A program made the translations under genes and the position numbers. Under the pieces are notes generated by a model that made no database searches, was not told where the DNA came from, and saw only the letters and a list, made by a program, of their open reading frames with translations. A DNA stretch of 64,000 bases from an uncultured Nitrospinota bacterium (GTDB lineage Bacteria; Tectomicrobia; Entotheonellia; J063; CAVPRW01): NCBI GenBank assembly GCA_963707985.1, contig CAVPRW010000018.1, forward strand, positions 96,001-160,000, written 5' to 3'. Positions within the stretch are counted from its first letter, which is position 1; each line of letters begins with the position of its first letter. Positions 54,568 to 64,000 of the stretch are shown here, one piece after another.

Positions 54568-56640
54568 ATGAACCAGTCACAACTTGCACGGCGTAACGCT
54601 CTACTCGCGCGGCAAGATGCAGCGTTGCAGCGTTGGCCCCAGGGAAAAGCTCCGGCCTTTATCGAAGAAGTAACCATGGTCGCACGGGAGTTAGAAGCGC
54701 TCGCGCGCGAAGTTGACGAGCTTGGCGCTGACCGACTGGAACGTGCGCGGACCTGGAGATTCGCTGGGCTTGCATATGCCGATGCAGCCGTCGGGCAGGA
54801 GCTTTTGAAACTCGCTCCTACGGCTCGTGCATTCGGGAACGCTGATGGGCTACTGGAGGGCCTTGAAGAGCCTATCGAGAGGATGAAGCTGGACTATGCT
54901 TACGGACGGGCGCTGTTTCGGCTGTCCCAAGGAAGGGACTTGTCCCTGGCTATGCAGGCACGCGATCGTTTAGCGTCAGCCCTGGAACTGGCGCGTAGCT
55001 TCATGCCGGCGCTTGTCGCATCGGCCGAGGAAGCTCTTGACAGTGCCCAGAAGGGACTGGATTTGGTTTGGGAAGGCACTCTCATCGATCAGCAGATTGC
55101 TGATCTCCCGGCTGGCCTCCGCGAGGATTATCGAAGAAAGGTCGAGGCGGGCTTAATTGCGCCAACACAGCAGTTCGTGTTTGAGGAAGCGATCAAAGAC
55201 ATTGAGCAAATCGCCCGCGGCCACAGCCCCGACTTACAAGTCATGATCGACAACTTGGGGAGAATCCGCGAGCTTTCCCCCCGCCTTATTCCAATAATTG
55301 GCGCAACTGGACAGGACCTGCCGGCCCAATCGCGCGCGGAAGCGATTTGGAAACGCTTTTCGGCTTTGAAAGTCGCGTTACACCAGGACTACTTCCGGAT
55401 ATATGGAGCAGACGAAACGAAAACAGCCGCGCTGGACCTGTACAAGCGCCTGGATCAGGCTGAAATCCTCCTCCGGCAACACGGCGACGACGATCAGTGG
55501 TGCCATCGTTACGAGCACGATGTTCTGCGCCCGCTCGCCTTCGAAGTGCGGACACACCTGCTGCGGAACCACTTGACTCTTGCCTGGCCGATTTGGCCGT
55601 CAACTTCCCGAGCTCACGATGCAAGCAGCGTCTTCTACTCCGGCCATCCGCGAGGCCTAAATTTGGTCGCCAGTGCCTGCGAACGCACCGGCCTCAGCCT
55701 TCAGAGTCCACAGGTGGCAATCAACTATGCCTCCGCGCGTTGGGACGCGTTACGGTCCAGCCAGATTGCAGTTTTTGACTTCACGGCATGCTCGCTTGTC
55801 GACGTCGGTAAGCCCGTGCCTCTCTCCACCGCAAGTGCAGTAGCTGCTACAGCCTACGAGCTAGGCATGGCGCTGACAATCGGATGCCCAGTAGTCATCA
55901 TCGCTGCTGAGAACCAGGAGATACCCTTTGATGTCGATATCACTCCTGTTCGTCTCCAGGATGCCCTCGGAGATGTGCAGCTGGTACTCGATGCTCTGGA
56001 GGGTACAGTGTACGGCATCCAACGTCGTCAACGCGGAAATGCGCTGCCGGCAGCTCGGGCATATCTGCGGCAGCGGATGGACGGCGAACGGAACCCTACG
56101 CTCGCAGCAGCCCTCAGCACAGTGGACGAATCCATCGACCAGAATGCTGTTAAGCTTCGACGACTGACCGAAAGCGTGTTGGGTTACGCCGGGGAATCGC
56201 AAACGGAGATCATTTTCCCTACCTGGCCTGGAAGTTATCCTGACAACACCCATCGACTCCTCTTTCATGTGACACCTTTCAGACCTGACTGGGCCAGCCA
56301 GACCATGGAAATTGCGAGTCAAGCCTGTGTGGAATCGATAGTGCCTACGACCTACGTGCGAGGAGACCATGTGCTAGAGCCGGACATCATCGGTTCAATA
56401 TGGAACAATCTCTGCTGCGCTACCCACATCCTTGTGGACCTAACGGGACTCAACCCAAACGTGACATTGGAACTCGGCATTGCCCACACACTCGGCCAGA
56501 ATGTGATGCTAATCAGTCAGGATGATCCTGAGACCTTTCCCCATCTCGCCAAGGCACGCGTACATCGATACACTCTCAGCCCTTCCAACCCACGGTCGCT
56601 GCGAAGGAGACTCGATCAGTTCCTCTCCGGAGCGCTTTGA
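54568..56640 (+). CDS. TPR-like/helical protein with two nucleoside-deoxyribosyltransferase(NDT)-like domains
   Basis: AVFDFT...AYELGMA...IPFDV and ILVDLTGLNPNVTLELGIAH. Confidence 0.75.
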   Translation: MNQSQLARRNALLARQDAALQRWPQGKAPAFIEEVTMVARELEALAREVDELGADRLERARTWRFAGLAYADAAVGQELLKLAPTARAFGNADGLLEGLEEPIERMKLDYAYGRALFRLSQGRDLSLAMQARDRLASALELARSFMPALVASAEEALDSAQKGLDLVWEGTLIDQQIADLPAGLREDYRRKVEAGLIAPTQQFVFEEAIKDIEQIARGHSPDLQVMIDNLGRIRELSPRLIPIIGATGQDLPAQSRAEAIWKRFSALKVALHQDYFRIYGADETKTAALDLYKRLDQAEILLRQHGDDDQWCHRYEHDVLRPLAFEVRTHLLRNHLTLAWPIWPSTSRAHDASSVFYSGHPRGLNLVASACERTGLSLQSPQVAINYASARWDALRSSQIAVFDFTACSLVDVGKPVPLSTASAVAATAYELGMALTIGCPVVIIAAENQEIPFDVDITPVRLQDALGDVQLVLDALEGTVYGIQRRQRGNALPAARAYLRQRMDGERNPTLAAALSTVDESIDQNAVKLRRLTESVLGYAGESQTEIIFPTWPGSYPDNTHRLLFHVTPFRPDWASQTMEIASQACVESIVPTTYVRGDHVLEPDIIGSIWNNLCCATHILVDLTGLNPNVTLELGIAHTLGQNVMLISQDDPETFPHLAKARVHRYTLSPSNPRSLRRRLDQFLSGAL

Positions 56641-56835
56641 ACTCGGCTTGAAGCGCCGCGCATTCGGGCCGTTCGGCCACATGATGATTCTGTCTTTGGG
56701 AGGGTTCCCATGGAGCAATCTGCCAGCGACTGGTTCTTGGATGGTCCAGATCTATGGGACCTTCGAGGGAGCGGCATATGATTCTGGGGCGACCCGGCTG
56801 ATCGGTGTGCATTACCATCACAGCAAGGACTGACC

Positions 56836-57375
56836 ATGGCTTCCATCATGATCATTTCGGGGTGTCTTGGAACCGGCAAGACTACACTGGCCAAAGCACT
56901 CGCGCATGCGGAACCCGCAGGCCTTCACCTCATCACGGATACGTTTTATCACTTCCCAGCGCATCCGCTCGACCCTACCACGGATGAGGCTCATACACAA
57001 AACACCACGATCATGCGCGCGAGTGGGCGCGCTGCGGCAGCCTTTGTGGAAGGCGGCTACGAGGTTTTTCTCGACGGGGTGGTTGGCCCGTGGTTCCTGC
57101 CCACGTTGTTACGCGAGTGGAACGCTGTCGAGCGCGTGGAGTACGTGATTCTGCGGGCCACGCTTGCCGAAGAGTTGGCGCGTGTGTTGAGACGAGATGG
57201 GCCAGCGACACAACACCGCGTGTACAACATGCACGATGCGTTTGCCGATCTGGCAGGCTATGCGAAGCACGTCATCGAGACAACAGGGCGGCTGCCAGAG
57301 GGCGTGCATGCCGAATGCCTCTATCGCCGCCGAAGACACGAATTTTCGCTCGACACCAATGTGGTGGTTCCCTGA
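56836..57375 (+). CDS. P-loop kinase (AAA_33/phosphotransferase-like)
   Basis: IISGCLGTGKTT, VFLDGV, RVLRRD. Confidence 0.8.
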   Translation: MASIMIISGCLGTGKTTLAKALAHAEPAGLHLITDTFYHFPAHPLDPTTDEAHTQNTTIMRASGRAAAAFVEGGYEVFLDGVVGPWFLPTLLREWNAVERVEYVILRATLAEELARVLRRDGPATQHRVYNMHDAFADLAGYAKHVIETTGRLPEGVHAECLYRRRRHEFSLDTNVVVP

Positions 57376-57660
57376 GGGAACAGAGGTCAGAACTGTTTCT
57401 CGATGCCAAGGCTCTGGTAACCCCAACCATGGACGCACAGCAGATAGCCGAGGCAAAGCGGGGACACGAAGTCTATATGATGCTGCGTCATCTCGATGCG
57501 CGTCGCCACCAGATTGAGGTCGACCTGTTGCACGTTTTGGCTGGGGAAATGTTGCCCCAGGGCAAGTCCCTTTCGCATCCTGACGCAGCTGACTTGGCAC
57601 AGAAATCGACGGCAACTCTAAAGAAACCTTGGATTGTTTGATGACCTCACTCGTATGCTG

Positions 57661-57753
57661 GCCATGAACGCGCACCCGTCGCGAGCGGGCTGCGCCGGCT
57701 GGCTTTGGGTCGGATAGCGCTAGGGGCAACCCGCGCTCAACTTTCCGATTGGC
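57661..57753 (+). repeat. degenerate attC-like hairpin
   Basis: GAGCGGGCTGC...GCAACCCGCGCTCAA...GATTGGC. Confidence 0.4.
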
Positions 57754-57786
57754 TGTGACGCGGAGCGAACTTACAGGAGGGACAAG

Positions 57787-59085
57787 ATGGCAACTGATCG
57801 GCCGATGCAAGCGATGGAATATATGCAACGATGGCTGAGCTACGCCCCACCACCTCCCGAACGGCGAGCGAACTCCTACGATGCATTTATCAGCTACCGT
57901 TCATCTGACCGCGGGTGGGCAATGGCTTTATACGATGCTCTGAAGCTCGCAGGCTGGGATGCATTTTTGGACCAGTACGATCTTGTTCCTGGCACCAACC
58001 TGGAAACCTCTTTGGCAGAAGCGCTGGAGGCAAGCTCGTCGGGGGTGATCCTGTGGTCGAGCCGTACAAAGGATTCCGCCTGGTGCACCAACGAACGCAA
58101 TGCCATGAGAACCCTCAAGGATCGGCATAAAACCTTCAACTACGTGTTTGCCAAGCTCGATGCTGAGCCGCTGCCCCGATTCGCTCAAGCAGATTTGTAC
58201 ATCGACTTCGAGGAGAGTCCGGAGGGAGCACGGGGCGTCAACCTGCTCAAACTCATGTGTGGGATGAGGGGCATAACCCTCACGCCTGAGGCGGTCGCGA
58301 TGGCCCAGCAGGTTGACCAGGATGCGACACAAATACTGATTGCCATCAAGGGCGCAGTCGAGGCAGAAAACCCAGCCCGGCTTGTATCGATCGGAACTTC
58401 CGCGGAACCCGGTGTCATAGCCTCACCCACCCCAGTACTGACAGCGGCGCAGGGGCTTATCAGCCTGGGGAAATACGACGACGCTCGCGAGGTGCTGAAG
58501 CACGCCCAGGCGCACTTCCCCAAGTCCATTCGCGCCAAACAGCTGGAAGGGCTGGCGCTACGACGCCTCGAGAGATACCAGGAAGCCATCGACGTACTGT
58601 CGGAGCTCAAAGCCGCCGGTCACCAGGATCCCGAAACACTGGGCATACTTGGCGCCGCGTGGGATGGCCGTTACCAGGAGTCGCGGAAGACGCTGCATCT
58701 TCGCAAGGCGCGCGAACTCTACCGCACCGCTTTCCAAAGTGATCCGACCAGCTATTACACGGATATCAACGCCGCATCGAAATCACTCTTCCTCGGCGAT
58801 TCGGTGGAAGCCGCAACGTTGGCCACCAACGTCTTTCCACTGGTCAAACACGCGAGCGACGGGGACGATTTCTATGCCGGCTGCACGTTGGGTGAGGTCT
58901 ATCTATTGCAGCGCGATGTCGACTCCGCTGCCGCGCAATATCAACGGGTCATCGATAGGCATCCCGGCCAGGTCGGCGACCTCGCCGGGATACGGCGACA
59001 GGCGAAGAGGATTTGCCTCGCACACAAACTATCGGAGGAAGACACGAAGAAGGTGCTTGCTCCGTTCGAGCTGCTCGATGGCTGA
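57787..59085 (+). CDS. TIR domain plus TPR-S (MAP3K TRAF-binding/DUF4071-like) protein
   Basis: YDAFISYRSSD, FLDQ, SAWCTNE; DPETLGILG...Y..AF...YYTDINAA, TLGEVYL. Confidence 0.82.
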   Translation: MATDRPMQAMEYMQRWLSYAPPPPERRANSYDAFISYRSSDRGWAMALYDALKLAGWDAFLDQYDLVPGTNLETSLAEALEASSSGVILWSSRTKDSAWCTNERNAMRTLKDRHKTFNYVFAKLDAEPLPRFAQADLYIDFEESPEGARGVNLLKLMCGMRGITLTPEAVAMAQQVDQDATQILIAIKGAVEAENPARLVSIGTSAEPGVIASPTPVLTAAQGLISLGKYDDAREVLKHAQAHFPKSIRAKQLEGLALRRLERYQEAIDVLSELKAAGHQDPETLGILGAAWDGRYQESRKTLHLRKARELYRTAFQSDPTSYYTDINAASKSLFLGDSVEAATLATNVFPLVKHASDGDDFYAGCTLGEVYLLQRDVDSAAAQYQRVIDRHPGQVGDLAGIRRQAKRICLAHKLSEEDTKKVLAPFELLDG

Positions 59086-59230
59086 TATTGAGCGGCTGTG
59101 TTTGACGATCATTCATACAAACGCAGATGCTGACGCAAAGACTTCGCAAATCATCAAACTTGCTGTTTCGTATACAGAGCACATCGTCGGGTTTAGGCGG
59201 AATGCCAATCGATCCAAAGGAGAACGACTC

Positions 59231-60190
59231 ATGAACTCATCAGCATCCAAAGGACGCGACCATGAGTGGCTCGAATATTATAAGCGATTCCCTTACTTTT
59301 CAGCCGAGGCGGTGCGTGAGGGTTGCCATCCGAGAATCATGGAACATGCAGGCCCCACAGCCAAAGCCATCGTGCTCGTGCACGGCCTCAGCGACTCACC
59401 ATATCTCATGACAGCCATTGGGGACTATTTCTTTCGAAATCTCGGGTATAACGTCTACTTGCCTCTCCTCCAAGGGCATGGCCTTAAGGAACCGAAGGGG
59501 ATGGAAGGTACGATACTGGACGAATGGAAGGCGAACGTCAACTTCGCGGTGGATATTGCCGCGCCGAAAGCCGAACAGATCTCTATCGGCGGTTTGTCCA
59601 CTGGTGGAGCACTGAGCTTTTACACTGCCGCGAAGCACCCCAAAATGAATGGTACTGTGTATTTATTCTCCGCAGCACTCGACCTTGCGGGTGGTCTTGG
59701 CGGCGTTGTCGGTGAGCTGGCTGGCAATCTGCTCGGTGAGCTGAAGGAACGACTACTACGCACACCGGTGGCCGATCTCGTCGATTTCTTCGACAATGCC
59801 AAGCCTCTGATCGGCGACGATCCCTACCGCTATGCCCGCATAGACCTGGACGGCGCCCGGGAATTGTCCAAACTGATCGAGGAAACGGACGCACTCATTA
59901 ATGGATTCAACCCGAAAGCGCCGTTTTCGAGGCGAGTCTTTGCGGCGCATTCCGAGAGTGATGCGACCGCGGATATTACGGGCATCGAAGCCCTGCAAAA
60001 GGTCTCAGCTCCCGGCAAGTTCGTGTTTTATCGCATCCCCGAAGCAGCGAGGGTGTCGCACGTAAGCCTCGTGCTGAAAGAGCCCATTTACGGCATCGGT
60101 ACTTCGCCCAGTGCTAAACCATTGGTCAAAGCGAACCCTCAGTTTCAAGACATGATGGAGGCCATCGCGGCATTGGAGAGGTCGGTGTGA
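59231..60190 (+). CDS. alpha/beta hydrolase (esterase/lipase-like)
   Basis: VHGLSDSP, LQGHG, GLSTGG nucleophile elbow, HSESD, SH; AAGGAG RBS. Confidence 0.85.
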   Translation: MNSSASKGRDHEWLEYYKRFPYFSAEAVREGCHPRIMEHAGPTAKAIVLVHGLSDSPYLMTAIGDYFFRNLGYNVYLPLLQGHGLKEPKGMEGTILDEWKANVNFAVDIAAPKAEQISIGGLSTGGALSFYTAAKHPKMNGTVYLFSAALDLAGGLGGVVGELAGNLLGELKERLLRTPVADLVDFFDNAKPLIGDDPYRYARIDLDGARELSKLIEETDALINGFNPKAPFSRRVFAAHSESDATADITGIEALQKVSAPGKFVFYRIPEAARVSHVSLVLKEPIYGIGTSPSAKPLVKANPQFQDMMEAIAALERSV

Positions 60191-60221
60191 CCCGGGCAAT
60201 ATTGAGAGCGGGTCGAGAAGC

Positions 60222-61764
60222 TTATTTGTTCTCCAGGGGCACGCGCCCGTAAATCTCGGTCAGCTCGCGCAGGCGGACGGCTAACTCCGCGGTGAGCAGG
60301 TCAGGGGCATAGCGCCACTGCCAATTCCCCTCTGGCCTACCGGGGTAATTCATGCGCGCCTCCTCCCCCAGGCCCAACACATCTTGTAGTGGGACGATGG
60401 CGAGGTTTCCTACTGAGGCGAAGGCCAGGCGGATCATATCCCAATGCACTTCATGCCCATCGGAGGCCATATACTTGAGCGCTGCGGTGCGTTCGGCCTG
60501 CATCGGTTCGAGGCCATCGCCACTGGCCAATTGTTCGACCTCATCTAACCAGCCAAGGCTCGTATTGTTATCGTGGGTGCCAGTGTAGACCACGCAATCA
60601 CGGGTATGGTTGTAAGGACAATGCTCGTTCGTGCGGGGGTCGCCGCCGAAGCCGAATTGCAGCACGCGCATGCCTGGCAACCGGAAGCGTTTTCGCAGGG
60701 CACGCACCTCAGGCGTGATCAGTCCCAAATCTTCGGCCACCATCGGCAACTCGCCCAACGCCTCGTGCACGTGTCTCAAAGAAGGCCGCGCCTGGACCTT
60801 TGACCCAACGACCCTTGATCGCTGTGTCTTCAGCCGCTGGCACCTCCCAGTAGGCTTCAAAACCCCGAAAGTGATCCAAGCGGATGAGATCCACCATTTC
60901 ACGCGTGGTCCGCAGGCGCTGAATCCACCAAGCATACCCTGAGGTCCTCATCACATCCCAGCGATAGAGCGGATTCCCCCAGCGCTGCCCCGTCTGGCTG
61001 AAGTAGTCTGGCGGCACCCCTGCCACCACCGATGGGTTGCCGGAAGCATCCAGATAGAACAGCTCGGGATGTGCCCACACATCGGCGCTATCGTGCGCGA
61101 CGAAAATGGGCACGTCGCCGAAGAGCTGGATATCATGTTGGTGGCATGCGGTCTTCAGGTCCCGCCATTGGCGGGAGAACTGGTACTGCAGGAAGGTGTG
61201 GAATTGGACATGGGGTGCGAGCCTTTTACGCCAAGCCGTCATCGCATCCGGTTCGCGTCCCACGACGGCGTGTTCCCACTCGGTCCACGACACGCCACCG
61301 TGGGCCTCTTTGAGCGCCATGAACAGCGTATAATCATCGAGCCACTCCGCCTGACGTTGGCTGAAGGCAGCCAGGTCGTTGCGTTGAGACAGAGCGGCGG
61401 TGCGCTGAAACGTCTCGAAGGCTTTCCACAGTAGGCCCTGTTTGAGCTCGCCGACCGCGTCATACTCGACTCGATGCGGCGGAAATGGCGGCACATGAGC
61501 GAGATCGCTCGCAGATAGCAAACCCTCTGCCTGCAATGTCTCGATGCTCAGCAGCAAGTGATTGCCCGCAAAGGCCGAATAGGCCTGGTACGGGGAATTG
61601 CCGTACCCGGTGGGACCGAGTGGCAACAGCTGCCACACATGCTGGCAGCTGTCCTTCAAAAAACGCACGAATTGATACGCCCCGGCACCGAGATCACCGA
61701 TGCCGAATGGACCGGGGAGCGACGTGGGATGCAATAGGATGCCGCTAGCTCTATGACATTGCAC
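60222..61764 (-). CDS. malQ: 4-alpha-glucanotransferase, +1 frameshift ~60771
   Basis: GILLHPTSLPG, RLDHFRGF, AEDLG, YTGTHDN. Confidence 0.92.
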
Positions 61765-62045
61765 ATGCAGGCCCTTTTTATTTGGCTACCCCTAGATCCT
61801 TGCCATACAAAGTGGAGGGATTCTCACAGGTCATTATAGGAGCTGACACAGGAATGTGCTAGGTCAGAAGGTGCGCCTTGGGGTGACCGTCCAAAACGCT
61901 GGTGCCCAATCGGCGAGCAATGCTTGCTTGCCTAGGACTGCCGTCCCCGAGTACAATCAGAAAATCACGTGCGTTGTTGCCCCATCGTATCACCGATGCC
62001 GTGCAGGTCACATCTCGTCATGAAGCCCCGTGGAGACGAAGAATC

Positions 62046-62522
62046 ATGAACACTGAGGTTCGGATACGCATTGACAGACGCGAACCTTTTGCTGACGGCG
62101 TGGCTTTCGGCGAGGTGGGCCCGTATGAGCACCTCGCAGGACATGTCCGCTTCGCCATCGATCCTAACGATCCTGCCAATCGCACCATCGTGGACCTCGA
62201 TCATGCGCCTCGCAATGCCGCCGGACTCGTGGAGTATTCGACCGACATCTACATCCTGAAACCTCTCGAGCTCGGGTGCGGCAACCGGCGTCTGCTCTAC
62301 GACGTCAATAACCGCGGCACCATCCGCGCCCTGCAGTTCTTCAACGATGCGCCACATAGCAATACACCAAGCACAGTCGCCCATGCCGGCAATGGCTTTC
62401 TGATGCGGCGAGGTTATACCGTGGTCGCGTCGGGATGGCAGGGGGACATGCTGCCGGATGAGGGGCGGCTGACGATCCAGGTGCCCATTGCACAGGAGAG
62501 GCGTAGCGCTATGCTAGCATAA
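62046..62522 (+). pseudogene. alpha/beta hydrolase domain protein, N-terminal fragment
   Basis: FGEVGPYE, YDVNNRG, GYTVVASGWQGD; ends prematurely. Confidence 0.7.
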
Positions 62523-62540
62523 GGCATGTAGGAGGATCCT

Positions 62541-63293
62541 ATGCGACTCCAGGGGAAGATTGCCCTGATCAGCGGTGGGGCACGCGGCATGGGTGCCGTC
62601 GAGGCCCGTCTGTTTGCCAAAGAAGGCGCCATGGTAACCATCGGCGATGTGTTAGAAGACGAGGGCCGCAAATTAGAGGCGGAGATCAATGCCACGGGCG
62701 GCGAAGCCCTGTTTGTGCGCCTCGACGTCACCCGCGAGGCGGATTGGCAAAAGGCGGTCGAGGCTACGGTCCAGCGCTTCGGCAAGCTCGATGTCCTGGT
62801 CAATAACGCCGGGATCAGCGGACGCGGCCGGGTCGAGGATACGGCCGTTGAAGAGTGGGATCGAGTCATGGACGTCAACGCCAAGGGTGTCTTCCTGGGC
62901 ACCAAAGTCGCCATTCCGGCGATGCGGCAGGGAGGCGGCGGCTCGATCATCAATATTTCCTCACAACTCGGTCTGGTGGGTACTGACCATAGTAGTCCGC
63001 AATATCAGGCGTCCAAGGGTGCCGTGCGCTTGCTCACCAAGGCCACGGCCATCCAGTATGCGAAGGAAGGGATCCGGGCTAATTCGGTTCATCCGGGGCC
63101 GATCGTGACGCCCATGACCGAAGCCGCGCGCGCTGACCCTGAGCGCTATCGATTGATGCTGTCACGGGTGCCTCTAGGCTGCTATGGAGAGCCTGAGGAT
63201 GTGGCCTACGGGGTTCTGTATCTGGCCTCAGACGAAGCGCGATGGGTTACGGGCAGTGAGTTGGTGATCGATGGCGGGTGGACGGCGCAGTAG
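62541..63293 (+). CDS. SDR oxidoreductase
   Basis: SGGARGMG, NNAG, YQASK, IDGG. Confidence 0.95.
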   Translation: MRLQGKIALISGGARGMGAVEARLFAKEGAMVTIGDVLEDEGRKLEAEINATGGEALFVRLDVTREADWQKAVEATVQRFGKLDVLVNNAGISGRGRVEDTAVEEWDRVMDVNAKGVFLGTKVAIPAMRQGGGGSIINISSQLGLVGTDHSSPQYQASKGAVRLLTKATAIQYAKEGIRANSVHPGPIVTPMTEAARADPERYRLMLSRVPLGCYGEPEDVAYGVLYLASDEARWVTGSELVIDGGWTAQ

Positions 63294-63412
63294 CGCTTAT
63301 GGTCCCTCTCTCCTCAGGAAAGGGTTAAAGTGGGGGATAAGCGCAGGCGTAAAGCCCTCTCACCCTAGCCCTTTTCTGGTGGGAGAGGGAGTACAGACAG
63401 GAGGGATCGTTC

Positions 63413-63616
63413 ATGGCAGAGTCCGAAGGCATTTCGATTGACCATCTCCATGCCCTCGCGGCGCGAGCTGGTCTTGCACTGAAACAGGAAGAACTGACCG
63501 CACTCAAGCCGATGTTTGATTATTACGCCAAGCAAGTCAGTGTGCTCTTCGAGGTTGAGCTGGATGCAGAAGACCCAGCCGTGATGTATTCGCCGAATTG
63601 GGACCCCCAGAGCTAA
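63413..63616 (+). CDS. small GatC-like protein
   Basis: 67 aa upstream of an amidase, LAARAGL...L.EVEL..EDPA. Confidence 0.55.
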   Translation: MAESEGISIDHLHALAARAGLALKQEELTALKPMFDYYAKQVSVLFEVELDAEDPAVMYSPNWDPQS

Positions 63617-63625
63617 GGTGCCGCT

Positions 63626-64000
63626 ATGACACAGACGCAAACAGAACTCTGTTATTTGACCATCCGTGAGGCTGGACGCCTGATACAGAGCGGGCAAGTG
63701 TCCCCAGTCGAGTTGACGCGCGCATTTCTGAACCGCATCGCGCAACTCGACACCACGCTGAAGGCCTACATTACCGTCCTCCCCGAGCGCGCTCTGGCGG
63801 AGGCGCGGCACGCCGAAGCCGAGATCTTGCGAGGAGATTATCGCGGGCCGCTGCATGGCATTCCGATTGCCTTGAAGGATCTCTACGATACCCAGGGTAT
63901 CCGCACCACCGCCAGCTCCAGGGTCATGGCCACTCGTGTCCCCAGTGAGGATGCGACCACGACCGCCCGTCTCGCAGCCGCGGGGAGTATTTTACTCGGA
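63626..64000 (+). CDS. amidase (GatA-like), runs off the window
   Basis: VSPVELT, GPLHGIPIALKDLYDT, GIRTTA. Confidence 0.9.
   Translation, partial: MTQTQTELCYLTIREAGRLIQSGQVSPVELTRAFLNRIAQLDTTLKAYITVLPERALAEARHAEAEILRGDYRGPLHGIPIALKDLYDTQGIRTTASSRVMATRVPSEDATTTARLAAAGSILLG

Noticed and set aside
58649..59230. N-terminal extension of the hydrolase ORF
   Set aside because: Overlaps the TIR gene out of frame; the real RBS and start are at 59231

Overview
GC-rich bacterial accessory region. The gene style resembles soil 'Candidatus Tectomicrobia/Entotheonella'-like genomes, which is an impression only. No rRNA, tRNA or CRISPR array was seen. (1) 1-17 kb is a mobile-element graveyard: attC-like repeats, a PIN toxin-antitoxin pair, nested decayed group II introns, two decayed IS3 copies, Tn3 and IS6 remnants, and truncated genes. 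(2) 17-46 kb holds metabolic and periplasmic genes (pimCD, SMP-30, GluR0-like channel, DUF2092, GH63, xfp/ackA, amidohydrolase, subtilase), many of them fragments joined by internal deletions or carrying single +1 frameshifts. (3) 47-60 kb is an integrase-less, co-oriented cassette-like array. It starts at two diverged ~400-bp attI-like platforms, is punctuated by attC-like hairpins, and carries immune-type cargo (TIR-TPR-Zn finger, TPR plus tandem NDT-like domains, TIR-TPR-S plus hydrolase, GH19-like-LysM). An intact IS110 sits inside one attC-like site, and its left end encodes a readable bridge RNA whose guides match that site and the element's own circle junction. (4) 60-64 kb holds malQ, an SDR and an amidase. 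Decayed elements show a nearly pure A:T->C:G substitution signature. All calls are from manual motif recognition; no searches were run.
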